Positions 1 to 13,214 are shown, counted from the stretch's first letter. The stretch is DNA of 64,000 bases from Curvularia clavata (GCA_023920165.1 CP089275.1:1488001-1552000), one strand, 5' to 3'. Numbers and translations are program-made. The notes: a model not told the origin generated them from the letters alone.

Positions 1-512
1 TTTCCTTCTTCGCAAGCGCAGATTCGATCAGTGGAGCAGCGGCAAGTAGTGCGTTGTATTGGTCGATTGTAAGAGAGATGCCCTGTATTTGTTAGGGTCA
101 CAATCTTACGCTGGGATACAAGACACCATGAACGTACCTTTTTTCCAGGTTTCGTCTCTCCAGAATCTGTGACATAGTATTCACGGATGCTGACGAATGT
201 GTTCTTGTTGAAGTCGCTGACTGTGACACGTCGTTTACCGCTACTGTTTAACTGTCCTTCTGATCAGCACCATCCCTCTCATTCTGACTTTGTGGAGTCA
301 GGCTCTCTGATAGCGCCACATACGCTAACGAATGGATCTCCGTTGTCGTCTGTCTTGAGTTCGGGGACGACAGGGATCGAATCATCGTCTTCATCGCCCT
401 TGACTTTCTTGCTTGCGCGTGGTGCGCTATCATCTTCGTCGGGTGAGGAACGCTTATTTGTGAAGCCTTTTTTGAAGCCACCTCGGGCACCGCCCCGTTT
501 AAAGCCTGCCAT
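1..512 (-). CDS. SUB1: Transcriptional coactivator p15/PC4 (Sub1), 3' end runs off the window
   Basis: Exons 512-324, 251-138, 82-<1 with GT-AG introns give MAGFKRGG...GKRRVTVSDFNKNTFVSIREYY...KPGKKGISLTIDQY, the PC4 ssDNA-binding domain signature. Confidence 0.92.
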
Positions 513-739
513 TGAAGGACTGGAAGCGCATGCAATAGCGTGGGGAGTGGTTGGGATTACGATTACAGCGATGACGCAGGGCAGCCTTGACGCGCTAGAA
601 AAGCGCGCTAGAGACGCGATCACATGATATGTCTCCAGAGCCAGATCAACGCGCATGGAAGGGTAACGAGTGTTTCTATACTATGGAAGCGAGTGTCGGG
701 GTTCATAAATCTATATGGCTTTTGATGTGTGGACAACGT

Positions 740-1777
740 TCACATCGCATGTCCGACTTCTTCTGCTCTCTTTTTACTAGGAGCCTCACTCCACGGTCTT
801 GACGGTCGAGCTTGCTGTGATTTTTCTGCCTTCTGTACAATCGACGATCCCGAAATACTGCTCTGAGACCCAATCGACAGTCTTGCCTCTTCGCTCATAA
901 CGGTTCCTGTGCGTCCCATCTCTAGGCTCCTGCCTGCTGAATCTTTTTTCTGGGCACTGTTCCACGCCGTCGCAGTGGCGTCGTCCTGATTTAGAGGCAT
1001 TTCCGGATCATAAACACTCGGTGGCCGACTGTGCACCGAAGGTGGTAAGACTGTGCTGTATCCATGGGTCATGCCCAGTCCGGATGCTGTGGGTTCAAAA
1101 GAGCAGCTTTCCTTCTCTTTAGCGCGCCTGCATGCATCCACAGTTGCCGTGATAAAGGTGATTAAGAACAGTATCCATCCAGTACCAGCCGCCGCAGTGT
1201 AGATCAGACTAAGGTCTACGAGCACGGCAAACGCCCTAAGTTCCGGAGAAGCCGATGTATCAAGAGTTCTCTTCCCGAATGCATCCAGGTTCAGGGCGAA
1301 ACTAAGAGAAATGCCAGCCGCTGCCCCCATAACACACATGCTCACGCATTCCATGGGGATCATGATTGCGGAGCGGATTCGTGTAGTTGGTAGAATCGTT
1401 GCCAAAACTATGGCAATACCCATCAAAGAAGAAAAGGCAGCCTATGTCGTCAGTGCTGTTCCAAATGGATGGTCAAAAGACCTACCGATGCAACAGAAAT
1501 CCACATCTTGATTGCACTATCAAGAACTGTACCAAAGAATCCGGTCCAGCGTTGTTCCATCTCTTGTGACCCAAATTGAACATTGTCAAGAATGGTCTTG
1601 TGACGCACTTGAATATCATGAATGATAAACATAGCTGTATGATACTGTCAGTTTGCTGAGCCTATTTTACATAAGTTCTAATTTGCACTTACACCAAGCG
1701 CCCACTCCAGCCACTCCCAGCACGACAATGAGGGCCATCACCCTCAGAGCTAACACTGTCGATTTACCGCATCCCAT
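740..1777 (-). CDS. Hypothetical multi-pass membrane protein (about 4 TM, MARVEL-like layout, disordered C-tail)
   Basis: Exons 1777-1693, 1634-1486, 1441-740 splice in frame with canonical signals; several hydrophobic helices then an S/P-rich tail. Confidence 0.7.
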
Positions 1778-3792
1778 TTTGGAATTATATACAAAATGAA
1801 CGTATATACTTAAAGAAGAAGGAAAAAAAAAGGTGTACAAGGATTAGCACAGTCCAGCTGGCAGCAGCTTCCAGAGCGCTAGGATAGAAGGGAATAAGTT
1901 AGGGAAAGTGGGTTGCAAACGCTGATAGAGATTTCGTATCTAACTATGGGCGAGCATAGTTATAGAGAGAAACATCACAAAGCAGTGCTTTCGGAGACGT
2001 CTCAGCCGAATGTCCGGCCGAGATGCAATGTGCACTGTTGGCAAGGTCGAAACGTCCCTTGTGGCTGCATCTGCGTGAGCCTGCACGCGGCGCTGATCTA
2101 GGACAACGGATGACGGTGTGCCACATCCCTTGGGCATATTCAATTGGTAGGTGTCAGATACAACGAGCATAGCGCGGTGGATCTGTGTCGAGGCATTGAT
2201 CCATAGTTGACCTCGGTCACTCACCATGTTGTTCGTAACGAAATCGTTCCAACACCCACAGAGCGATGAGTGATCAATGCATCTTAGATTCCTCCACGAT
2301 AACCGTATGATGTACACTTGGGAGGCGTCATCTCATGCAACGACAGTCCTGACGTCCAGGCAACTGGGAGTGGCTGGGGAACTCGCTTCTCCACATGATC
2401 GGTACTGAGACGAACCTGAGGCAACAAGGCTCTCGGCCGTTACGAGGCTGAAACGCCCTCGTATCCGGCCATTCAACGTCGGCGTATTCTGTTGCTAGGC
2501 TAGTCACCTTGTCGGCAGCGATGGTACCGCATCGGTACCGTCGCAAGACCGTATTTCAGCCAACAAGACCTCCCAAGTGCAAAGCGCGCTTGACATATGT
2601 AGTGGGCCAGATTGAAATTAAGAGTTAAAGCGCAATGCGCTAATATTGAAATGGTCATAATGATGATGACATCTGCTATACCTTGCATGAAAGTAAAGCT
2701 AAAGGGAAGTTATTAGGTGTATATGGTGTATTGCAAAGTGACTGGCATGACTGGGTGTGGATTAGCTATAGGTAGGGTCCAGGGTGGGGGCGGGGCCTAA
2801 CTGCAACTCAGCTTGGACACCAACTCTTCGTCCCTGCATCTTCAGCCTCTCTTCCATTGTCATTTTGTACTACAAGGCGATAACGCCAGAACACTCATGT
2901 TTCTATCATCAGTCTTCTCAAACTTCGGGAGTTACTATGTCATTAATCTTAGCGCGTACCTAGATCACAGACGCTCAGCTTGAATATCCAATCATCTCAG
3001 TCGAGTCGAAAGAGAAGCTTTACGCGTTTGTGCGTCTCATCGAGCCCCAGCACCTTCCATGGCTTGGAAGAAGACATTGACTTTGTTCAATAATTGTGCG
3101 CCCTCTGAAAATAAGATACCGTCAGTAACAAGAGCTTCCTCGCCATACCAAGACAGAAGGATCCACGCTCGGATCAGTCCAACAGTGGCTGATTACTCTG
3201 TCAAGAGCAAAAGCTCAAATCATGATGTAGCTATCCTTACCACTTCGAGTAATCCCTGCGCCATGGCTCGCCACAGCTCGCCATAACTGGCGCGAACCTT
3301 TGGAGGATCCAGTCTGGTAGTAAGCTTTGATAAGGCAAGTGGCCAATCAAGCCAGTCTACGTCGAGAGACGTCTTACATCTTCGACAAGCACTTCAGTCA
3401 GCGCTGATTGCCAAGAGCCAAATGTTCGAAGAACTAAGCCAATCGAAGTAGTTTCTTTAGAAGTGCAGCGCATGCAACAATTGACAATAGAGATGAACCT
3501 GACAAAGCATGTGGGCTGCCTTCTTAGAAGCTTCATTTCTTCGTTCTTTGAGCCTGTCCGGGATGTGGTGTCTGTGGAGTCATGTTTCCTAATCGGGTTC
3601 TTTGAGTCTCCTGATATTTGGCCCATACTAGCTAATCCCCCAAGTTGGATTTCCTTTGGCCTCGCGTATTGCAGCGTAACCATAAGCGCGTTCCAACTCA
3701 GCTCTCTCAGCTGCTCACATCAGCAGACATTTTAAAATACTCATGACTTTGCCTCACAAGCTTTTCTACACAAAAGAGCTCGTACACACAAC

Positions 3793-4641
3793 ATGGCACA
3801 TCCTTTCTGCTTTCGTACCCATACCGAACCCATGTTCGTTTTTTCGCCGCTGGGTTACTCTAAACTACCGTGTGGAGAATCACAGCCAACCAACCGATTT
3901 GCGAGAATGCGGGCTCTTAGCAGCTCACAGCACCCAAACTTTAATCGCCTTCCCACCGAACTTATCCTGGAAATTTGCGAACATCTTTCCACGTACGACC
4001 TCTGGCATAATATACGTCCAACATCCCGTCTTCTAGCTGCATGTGCTCAAGAACTATTACCACGAAAGTTCTTCCAAGAAAGCAGTATCCATATCTGTTG
4101 GTGCTGTTTTTGGTGCAGTTTAGGACACCATACTCTACGCACGGCATGCAGTCCCATCACACGGCTATTTCCGAATTCGAAACGCGTAGAGATTGCCATG
4201 ATTAGCAACCGGGCGCTATTAACGAAAGTGATTTTCGGCAACCTTTGCAATCTGATCACAAGTCGTGAGCCGAAAATTTGGATTCGTTTAGGTGAAGAAG
4301 AACGAGACATCAGGGTTGGGAGTGACGATATTTTTTCGCAAGGACAAAAGCACACAGGAAATTCTGTTCAGGACTTGCGATTGAGCCAACAGAAGTTCCT
4401 GGCTTGGTACTTTGCAAAGAAGAGACAAGAGGTAGTCAATGGTCGAGTCGTCGGGTCCCTCGAATATGCTGCACACTTACTCCGTTTCTTTACCACTAGC
4501 GTCATCCTAATAGCTATCGGCTTAGCACTCACGGTATTTGCCTGTATTGCTTTGGAAGTTTTCAAGTTGGTCACAAACTCCTACAAAGTTCTAAGGGGTC
4601 TAATGCGCTTCTGCCTAGGGAAGGAACCTCTGTCGCACTAA
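3793..4641 (+). CDS. F-box-like protein with C-terminal transmembrane segment
   Basis: 282-aa ORF with FNRLPTELILEICEHL (F-box start consensus) and hydrophobic FFTTSVILIAIGLALTVFACIALEVF. The true start may be the later Met of MRALSS. Confidence 0.6.
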   Translation: MAHPFCFRTHTEPMFVFSPLGYSKLPCGESQPTNRFARMRALSSSQHPNFNRLPTELILEICEHLSTYDLWHNIRPTSRLLAACAQELLPRKFFQESSIHICWCCFWCSLGHHTLRTACSPITRLFPNSKRVEIAMISNRALLTKVIFGNLCNLITSREPKIWIRLGEEERDIRVGSDDIFSQGQKHTGNSVQDLRLSQQKFLAWYFAKKRQEVVNGRVVGSLEYAAHLLRFFTTSVILIAIGLALTVFACIALEVFKLVTNSYKVLRGLMRFCLGKEPLSH

Positions 4642-5467
4642 AAGAGAAAAGTAAGGCATCAGGAACAGTAATACTATTGGCAGCATCAAGCTATTTTGAT
4701 TTTCCCGCTCCGCGGAAATTACTCATTTCAGGTGCAAAACAAATCTCTCCAGTTACCAGAAGAAAAAACTAATATAGAAGCATGGTCTAACCCCCCAGTA
4801 AATAGAAAACAGTTGATGGAGAGATCCGTCCCGCATGGGCTTCCGCACCAGCGAAGTCGGTCCCTCTCAACAGGTCTACATACACACACACCCACTTGCA
4901 TACCTACACCCTAGCAGATAAGCAGAGAGCACTTACTGTTCAATTTCACCGGAACTGCCGCCCAGCCAACAAAACTTGTAAAGAGTGCATACTGCAGTCC
5001 TGTGTGGAAGCTTGTAATTCAATTCGTAACATATACGCAGAGCCATACAGCTCACCATGGTTGAGTAAAGAAGGATTTATCTACCAGTAAACCCCTTTGA
5101 TAGAGCGTGGAGCTCTCCCCTCTTTCATGTCTAACCAGAAGATGAGCAATGTTTACCTTTGACTTCGATGCATCTGGGCACAGCGCACACATCACTATCA
5201 GCTCCTCTCGAGACGTCCAAGTGCTTGTGGAATGTAGCATCGCGTTGCCACATGATCATAGCACCCATCTTATCATCTTAGAAGCAGTCCGGTCGTGCAC
5301 ATGGCATTCTCTAATGCATGCGAAAATATTGCTTTCGTTTCTTTTTGCTCCTTTTCATATTTGGTTTGCATATTATCCCAAAAATATCCCCTTGCCCCGC
5401 TACTTGCAGCACATTAGTTCCATCTTTAACCTATCCACGCATCAACAACTCCTCACTTTTGACCAAC

Positions 5468-6586
5468 ATGAACGACGATATATTCGACAATATGACTGAC
5501 GACATGACCGTCACAACCGACGATAAGCACAAGTCCCGCGTCCGACTCTGGGCCAAGAGACTCGGAAGGTGCTTAAGCAAATGCCAGCCGCGTCGCAGAT
5601 GCAAAGCTTCCTACTTGGACACAGAAAATCCCATTCCGCCGCCTTATCGTGCCAGTATTACCGAACATATGCCACGGCATACATTTTCTATCCGGAAATG
5701 GAAATCTGCCAGTCTGAGAGCAGGAAGTATCAACTCAAGAGCAAACAATACCGGCTCAACTCGAGCTTTTCCTTCGCAAGGAAAACTTCAACCCAACAAG
5801 CGATCAAACATCCGCTTCGAAAGAACCATTCGGCTCGTGAACTCGAGTGTGAGTTCGTTGGTCGGAGGGCCTGGGTCGCAGTCCACGAGGTTCCCCAGGA
5901 AGGGCTCACTCTACACGCCACACGAATCTGACACCGACAAAACCGTGCTTGAGGAAACTGAGACTTCAATCGAAGGTAGAGGCCAAGAACCGCTTCCAGG
6001 ACCTCGGTCGGTACTTTCATGGCTAGACTCGTTCCATGCCCATCAGGTATTCCACAGAGGATCACCACGATCGCCTACATTGAGGAACGACTCTGCTGCC
6101 GACCTCACTGTTCGGCCAGGCCAGACACGTCCACATCCTGCTGATGATATATACCGCCGAACGTCGCCGACACAGAGCGCTACTTCTACTCAAGGAAAGT
6201 CAAGCGCCGGTATAAGAATCTGCCACCCACCTCCAGTTCATTCCCACGTCGCCTTGGACGCAATGTCAAGCGAAAATATCAAAATATGGGAGCAGGACTG
6301 GGACGAGCCAACCCACCATCGCCTCGGTAGCTTGAAAGGCTTATGGAGAAGCCCATCACAACGTTTCATGCTCAGAAACAAGGACAGCATCCAGCGTCTG
6401 AAGGCCGAGAGCGCGGAGCAAGACAAGCCTCTTGAGAATAAGCAGACGGGGAGCCAGCGGTTGTCTCAGATGCGAAGCATGGACAGACTTCAGAAGATAG
6501 CCGAGGAGGAACGGAAGGCAGACGAGGAATGGAGCGGTACGTGGAAAGCGTTTGATCGAGCATTTGGCGGTCTGGCGCAAAGCTAG
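5468..6586 (+). CDS. Hypothetical low-complexity S/R-rich protein
   Basis: Long intronless ORF (track 5318-6586); ATG at 5468 (caacATG) chosen on context; no recognisable domain. Confidence 0.6.
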   Translation: MNDDIFDNMTDDMTVTTDDKHKSRVRLWAKRLGRCLSKCQPRRRCKASYLDTENPIPPPYRASITEHMPRHTFSIRKWKSASLRAGSINSRANNTGSTRAFPSQGKLQPNKRSNIRFERTIRLVNSSVSSLVGGPGSQSTRFPRKGSLYTPHESDTDKTVLEETETSIEGRGQEPLPGPRSVLSWLDSFHAHQVFHRGSPRSPTLRNDSAADLTVRPGQTRPHPADDIYRRTSPTQSATSTQGKSSAGIRICHPPPVHSHVALDAMSSENIKIWEQDWDEPTHHRLGSLKGLWRSPSQRFMLRNKDSIQRLKAESAEQDKPLENKQTGSQRLSQMRSMDRLQKIAEEERKADEEWSGTWKAFDRAFGGLAQS

Positions 6587-7580
6587 GCAGATACTGACTT
6601 GTCGTGCTCGACTTCTCAGGCATCAAACTTCAGCTTTTCGCAAAAGCACAGAGGCCAGATATCCAGGAGGTGAAGTCGGTATCATACCGACACCAGTGCT
6701 GCTAGACATTCCGCGTCCCTGTTGTTTATGAGGGTTTCGTCATTAATTCATTGTTGGGTCATGCAAGGTTGGTTGACACGCATGCATGTACATGACGTTT
6801 TTTTTAACAAGCGTGCGGGCACCTATCACGATTGTTTGGTAATGTATGAACGTACATGAGCATCTGATCACGCTGCTTAGATATGAGATCATGGGATGAT
6901 CGTGAGTTGGCATTTTTTAGACTAGATAGCATAATTTAACCGCATGATTTCCTCAATGCGCTGGATTGCTGATTGGTCCTTCTCACAAAAGTAAATCCCT
7001 TTGAGAATCGCGGCTTTACCAATTTGTGGCTCCTACACAATATCCAAGCTTTGCTGAATGTGCAGAGGTATAGTGCTCATACGCATATACGCAGGTACAC
7101 ACGTACTCCGATACACAGCGCTGTGTTTTTTCTTGTGATTCAACGAATGGGCGAGAGTCGGGACAGGGCCCGCCCCAGACCTTGTATTTGCTTTTTAGAA
7201 AACTGTGCTCACATCAGATCACAGGTGGACATGAGCTCACAAAAGCAGCCATTTCTTACTTCTTCCTGGAATTACCCGTGCCAGTCTTCCGCGCTGATCT
7301 TAGAAGCGAGCACTGACAGATTCGATAGCCACGTCAGTCCGTTGTGCCTTGGGAAGGCTGATCTTACACATACTTAGCAAGGTCCAGGACAACACAGCCT
7401 CTTGATCGCTGTGGCGAAGGTATTCTCTGGTAGCCATCAGAAGCAAGCAAGCAAGACCCCGCATACCCAGCCACCTTTCTCCCATCGCAATCCAGACATA
7501 GTTGGGACGCGCTGCTTTTGAGGAATTCTAAATAGCGTCAGTGTCTCAGGTCTGCAGATGCCACTCAACTCGTTACCAGC

Positions 7581-8468
7581 ATGTCGTCCACACCATTCTT
7601 AGGAAGATTTTATTTTGAAAGGTCGCTCGCGGACCTACCCAGCGTCTTCTGCAACACCTGCCATCATATCGTGTCGGAGACCGGTGGCCGCAGACATGTT
7701 TGCAAGACAAGACCAACGTCCATTTACGGCTATCCTATGTGCTACTTGCCGCATACCGTAATCACATCTGACCTTGGCTCCCCGAACGGCAACTACCATC
7801 TCGAATTCAATCGCGTCCTGTCAGAAAACTCAGCCGTGGCCGTATTCTCAGTTGGACAAGAAGCTCCAATAGCTGGCGCCTGGCCACGCAATCAGCGGTC
7901 GAGTGGATGCTGGTCACGGATATTTCCTACAGCATCCCCTCAATGTTACGCCACGGTCAGTGTTGGATCGTATTGGCCATTTAAGCTGTCGTATCAGGCA
8001 ATCTGGTACTGGAATGCCGAGGATGGAGTTTTGCTGGTGGACTGGAGCAGGTTATACAGCGACTATTTCGCGCAGGCAAGAAGCAACAAGAGCAAGAGAA
8101 GAATTGAGAGAATCGTTCAGCGATACCGAGATTTGGAAGCGGAAAAGATGCGAAACGACACAGAGGGACAGTGGTCAGCGTACGGCGACTGGGACGTTTT
8201 CCCCGCAACACACGCTGAGATAGCCATGGTTTGTCGGTCTGAAGGGCCCAGGACGAATTTTGAAGACCGATTCGATCCCAAAAAGAATCAAATGAGCGCA
8301 CAAGAGTTGATTATGCGGCTAGGAGATAGCATCGTTGCTGTAGGCGATGCACTCAGGAGATGTGTTGATGGCAAATCCAATCTGTATGCAGTGGATGACA
8401 GGGAAGAAGAATGTCCGAAGGGACCTGTGTCGTTGTGGAAGAAGGCCGGCCACACCAAAATTTCGTAA
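7581..8468 (+). CDS. Hypothetical protein, possibly the intact 3' part of a decayed F-box-type gene
   Basis: 295-aa ORF with protein-like composition (LLVDWSRLYSDYF); no clear domain. Confidence 0.5.
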   Translation: MSSTPFLGRFYFERSLADLPSVFCNTCHHIVSETGGRRHVCKTRPTSIYGYPMCYLPHTVITSDLGSPNGNYHLEFNRVLSENSAVAVFSVGQEAPIAGAWPRNQRSSGCWSRIFPTASPQCYATVSVGSYWPFKLSYQAIWYWNAEDGVLLVDWSRLYSDYFAQARSNKSKRRIERIVQRYRDLEAEKMRNDTEGQWSAYGDWDVFPATHAEIAMVCRSEGPRTNFEDRFDPKKNQMSAQELIMRLGDSIVAVGDALRRCVDGKSNLYAVDDREEECPKGPVSLWKKAGHTKIS

Positions 8469-8690
8469 TTGTACACCATAACGTGGAAATAATAATACTA
8501 TTGCATCTTTCGGCGAGCAAGATCGCGGCTCTTGCTGTCCCTGGGAATGACGTGTGTGTGCAATTAGACGCGTGACGCGTGTGGAACAGTCTTTCGCCTC
8601 TAGTGACAAAAAGTTCCAAACCCCGCTAATGCCCCGCCAAACATTTCACCAACACTTGTATCACGCAAAATCCATATTAAATCGATAAAA

Positions 8691-9551
8691 ATGTCTGGCT
8701 GTGTAATTTGCGAAAAGCCTCTCGAGGTCGAGGTCGAGCGCGACGAGGACGAAGAGTACGAAGGCGAGGCGTCATCATCAGGCAAAGCACCCGCAGCAGC
8801 CCCAGAAACGTACCCAGATGATGTCCAATTGTCCTGCGGATGCCACTTCCACTGGTAAGTCAGAACTTTGGACTCTACATGCGCTTACTTACATTGAAAC
8901 TCTAGGGATTGCCTGCTATCTGCCTACGAAATAACTTCATGTCCCAATTGCTCAAAAGAAATTTCCACCACCGAAGACGGCACACAAAAGGTCCTCTGCA
9001 GGCTCAACAATGAAGGAGGGGTCCAGGAAAACCTCGATATTCTCCCTCTCCTCGTAGAAGAGTCCTACTTGAAAGCCTACCCTGAAGATCGCAAGGCGCG
9101 CGCCTTCCTCGAGTTTTGTCGCGCGGGTGATTACAAGGCTATCGTCGAGTTGCTGGTGGACGATAGTTCGGACGATGATGAGGAGGACGAACAGGGAGAT
9201 GTAGAGATGAGCACCACGGATGATCCCGGAAAGGAAACTGGTATTGATCGGGTATTGAGGTACCAGGACCCAATTGGCGATATGCAGTCAGGTCTCCACG
9301 CAGCGGTACATGCGCAGAGCAGGGAAGTAGCTTGGTTGCTGCTGCTCTTAGCGAGCAATTACCCCCTGTTGGACTTTCCGCCAGAGGTGTTCCAGGAAGC
9401 AGAGTCTATGGGTATCATGCGAGGTTTGACGGAAGACAAGGTCGACATCAGGAGCCTCAAGGACATTAACGGCCGGACTGCAGAGGATATTGCAAAGGAG
9501 GTCGGTGGAGTGTGGCATGGATGGGTCGGAAACAACAGGCTGGCGATATGA
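8691..9551 (+). CDS. RING-H2 finger and ankyrin-like repeat protein (putative E3 ligase)
   Basis: Exons 8691-8854 and 8906-9551 give CVIC...CGCHFHWDC...CPNC, followed by ankyrin-like SGLHAAVHAQSREVAWLLL and KDINGRTAEDIA. Confidence 0.8.
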
Positions 9552-9951
9552 TTGATGGCGCATAAGATATTGCGCTGGATCAACTATACGCGAAGGCTGA
9601 TTGAAAGGTACGATAGAACGATGTGAAACTGTGTAGTTATATACCACTGTGAATTACAGAATTGCATGCACGACATGCAGGTACTCATGCTAGCGTACAG
9701 AAACGTCAATGACAGTGTCAATGGCTCGGCTGCTTCAATGTTTTGTATCCAAATCGATATCCTCACTGAACATGTAACATCGTCCAAGTCATTCCCTGGT
9801 TATAACCATAAAGGACATACATGCTGTAAGGCTGTGAAGCAACAAAAAAGGGGTGGTGCAACTTGAGTAGCAACCCTTGATTGCCACCCGAGATGTCCCC
9901 TAGATGAACAAAAAGAATGGTTCGAAGAACCCTGAGCAAGCTCAGGCACGA

Positions 9952-10038
9952 TGTCCCCTTCGTGGATCGAACACGATACCTCCAGATTTAGTGACCGAAG
10001 ACTTCAGTCTGGCGCTCTCCCAATTGAGCTAAGGAGAC
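9952..10038 (-). tRNA. tRNA-Phe: tRNA-Phe(GAA) with a short (about 14 nt) intron
   Basis: Acceptor stem GTCTCCT/AGGGGAC plus A, D arm TAGCTCAATTGGGAGAGC, anticodon arm CCAGA-CTGAAG-[intron]-A-TCTGG, T loop GTTCGATCC; T-run downstream. Confidence 0.95.
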
Positions 10039-10961
10039 GGTTTGTGTTTTAGATGAAGATTTTCATCACCAGTCAAAATATGTAGTCACAAAATGCGGAA
10101 AATCAACCAAGCAGAGCCTCAGCTTCAAAATTTGACGGAGGGCTTCGGTGAGAAGTGGATGCTAGCGTGTTGTTGAAAATCTTCCTCTGGTGGTGGGGTG
10201 AAGCGGGGCATTGGCGGCTGGTTGACAATTGCCGAGCTCATATGCTGCATGGGTAACTCGAGTCTACAGTCGTGTCCAGAATTACTTGTAGAGATATATT
10301 TTCTTGTTCAAGCCTCCCACCAAGTCATACAAAGAAATTTCTTGATTTCAAGCATTATTCGGCTCAAGTCTTGCCTGAGGATGGCTTTGCGAGACCAGTC
10401 TATGTATGACTGACCAGCAGACTAGTCTCGACTTTGTAAGAATCTCACGCTCTGATAGGCGCAATTATTCCCAGTTTTCCCAGGAAATGTCTACGATGGG
10501 TCAGTGTTACATCTCGTATCGACTAGGTATTACTAGTTGTCCTTGTAGCTGCCCTAGACTTGGTCAGATTTTCTAATGCTCCCATGACAATTAATTCCCT
10601 TCCAATGGAGAGTGGTTGCCCTGTTTTCTTCTGAAACCAAGATCTCGGCTTTTGACATGATTCTCTGGCGCCAGCACTATTGGTCTTGAACCCCGGAATA
10701 GTCAGTTGCAAAGGAAAAGAGAGTGATCGGTGATGAATGGCGCATTCTTGGAACCACAAGCAGTAGTCAAAAGTCAAAGTTTGTTGAATTCCACACCCTA
10801 CGCCTATGCAATAACCTCACTTGTGTCGCTACAGATGCTCATTCCCTTGACCGAGTCCTCACTCCTCGCTTATGGTATCTCATGCTCGCGTAAATGGTAG
10901 AATTCGTTCGATCGTTCTCGTTCACTCATGAGTCCGGTCGTTCGGATGGGGTGCGTGGAAC

Positions 10962-11338
10962 TTATTTCACGACACCCTCGTCCGCATTGAAGCAGTCAGC
11001 AAAGTCCTTGCTGTGCTTGTTGGAGGCATGGTCGGTCAGCATCTTGCGGCTTGTGGTACCCTGGAAGGTCTGGAAGCAGGTTTTGCACTTGATGGTTTGG
11101 GCGGCCGCGTTCTGGCAACACGTTAGCAGCCTGACTTTGGGGCAAAAGCAACCTGCAACCGGAGGCGCAAAGCACAGAATATTGTGGCGTACATACAGCC
11201 TTGAGTTGACTCTTGGCCTCCTTGGGACCTGAGTCGCCCTTGCGGTCGCGCTTCTGCTGTGCCCTGTTTTTTTGATCAGTGACTGCCCCTCTATCCTCGG
11301 CCTATCGAGATAGTCGCGTACTTGGCTCCGTTACCCAT
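10962..11338 (-). CDS. Small 4F5/SERF-like zinc-binding protein (At2g23090/DUF1909-like, C2H2)
   Basis: Not in the ORF track. Three exons (11338-11322, about 11264-11198, about 11112-10962) give MGNGAKAQQKRDRKGDSGPKEAKSQLKANAAAQTIKCKTCFQTFQGTTSRKMLTDHASNKHSKDFADCF. Confidence 0.9.
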
Positions 11339-11988
11339 GGTGGAGTATGCTGGCTGGTAGATTACTGGCTGACTGTGTGAGCACCAAAGGTGGAAGGTTG
11401 CCTGGGTGAAGGCTGACTTGTCGCTGCGAGATATTTTGTGGCGCGGGGAGGGTCCAGGCCTGCGAGGCAAAGGCGGTGATTGCCTCCGGACGCTAGCATG
11501 CATGCAGCTAGCCAGCCGCGCTATCATGTGAAGACCAATCCGTTTCTTTCAGCCCGCGTTACGGACCAACCTCATAGACAGTCGTCGGCTTCTGATACGC
11601 CGTTGTAAACCATACTTGTTGCGTCACGTTACTGCGGCCGTTGCTAAAATGGTGTCTTGAAGCGATGACTATCCGTTGTCGCAAGTTTGAGCGGGTCGCA
11701 GCCGCGTCACGAATCGCACACCAACGAAGCAATTCGATCTGTCACCGACTTTGACATGGATGTCGGCAACGAGTTGTATATCTTGCGAACCATGTGTTGT
11801 CCAGGTCCCTTATTCAACGCACATTCAACGATTATCCTTGGCTTTTCTTGAATACGGTACCGAGAGTTCCTGTTTGGATAGTCCCGTACCTTCTTTTCTT
11901 TGCCTATATATGTGTCTATTGCCTTGCTCGTCCAGGGACTCCTTCTACACACATTTCTAGCCCTCAACTGCAATTGTCCGTCATCACT

Positions 11989-13214
11989 ATGTTCCACATT
12001 AGTCGAAAGACGCGCCTCCGTGCTGTCATCGGAATATCCTTTTCCTTCTTTATAGCCGAGATCTCGGTCGGCTTCTACACAGGCTCCTTAGCCCTTGTGG
12101 CTGATGCTTTCCACTATGTAAGTTCTGGTACTGGGTCTTAGCTCCATGCCCTATCAAGTGCACTGAGCTTCCATCCTCCCTTTAGCATAACTTCTAACCT
12201 TTTCTCTAGCTCAACGACCTAATCGGTTTTGTCATAGCCTTGGTGGCTGTCCAAGTGACAGAGCGCAAGACATCGCCTGCAGATCTCACATTTGGCTGGG
12301 CGCGTGCGCAATTGCTCGGTGCTTTCTTCAACGGCGCCTTTCTACTTGCTCTAGGGCTTAGCATCGCCCTACAATCGATCGAACGCTTCATTACAGTCGA
12401 GCACGTTGAGAACCCCAAGCTGGTCTTGATTATAGGCGGTGTTGGGCTGTTCCTCAACATTATTAGCGCACTGTTTCTCCATGAGCATGATCATGGTCAT
12501 GATCATGGCCACGGACATGGACATGGGCACGGGCACAACCATAGCCACAGCAATGATGAGGAATCCGTTTCATCCACCTCGATACACATCAATCACCTTC
12601 ATGTAATCGCAAAACCTAGGAAACACGAAAGAGATCTGGGAATCTTCGCCGTTCTCATACATGTTATTGGCGATGCCATCAACAACATTGGCGTCATTAT
12701 CTCAGCTCTCATCATTTGGTTCGTCAAGTCACCCAGCCGCTTCTACGCAGATCCGGCAGTCAGCATGTGGATAGCAATCATGATCTTTGGCTCCGCTATT
12801 CCTCTTACGAAGCGTAGTGGCAAGATGCTTCTAATGTCTACTCCAGCTGGTGTTAAGACTGAAGACATCAAGCATGATCTGGAAGCCATCCCTGGCGTTC
12901 TGAGTGTGCACGAGCTACATGTTTGGTGCCTGGACCAAAGAAAATCAGTTGCATCAGCACATATCAGAGTCAGTGATCCTGACATTGCGAGCTTTATGCA
13001 GAAAGCTAAGATCATCTCTGAATGCCTACACGCATATGGCGTACACTCTGCAACAATCCAGCCTGAGCTTGCATCGTCTGGAGAGAGCAGAGGCGCGTCT
13101 GAGGAGGCAGACTCAGCTGTCACCACAGAAACTACGAGCGAAGTGCAGATAAGCGCAGAAAAGTGTGGCCTTCCGTGCGGGACGGTCTGCGAAGAGTTGA
13201 AGTGTTGTAATTAG
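11989..13214 (+). CDS. Cation diffusion facilitator zinc/cobalt transporter (Zrc1/Cot1-like)
   Basis: Exons 11989-12117 and 12210-13214. Motifs SLALVADAFHYLND, TFGWARAQLLGAFFN, a His-rich loop, HVIGD and VHELHVW. Confidence 0.95.

Noticed and set aside
2518..2544. 12-bp hairpin GCGATGGTACCG-CAT-CGGTACCGTCGC
   Set aside because: Isolated, with no associated gene, repeat family or element ends.
2900..3700. Stop-interrupted minus-strand frames resembling a gene remnant
   Set aside because: No consistent splice model or recognisable motif.
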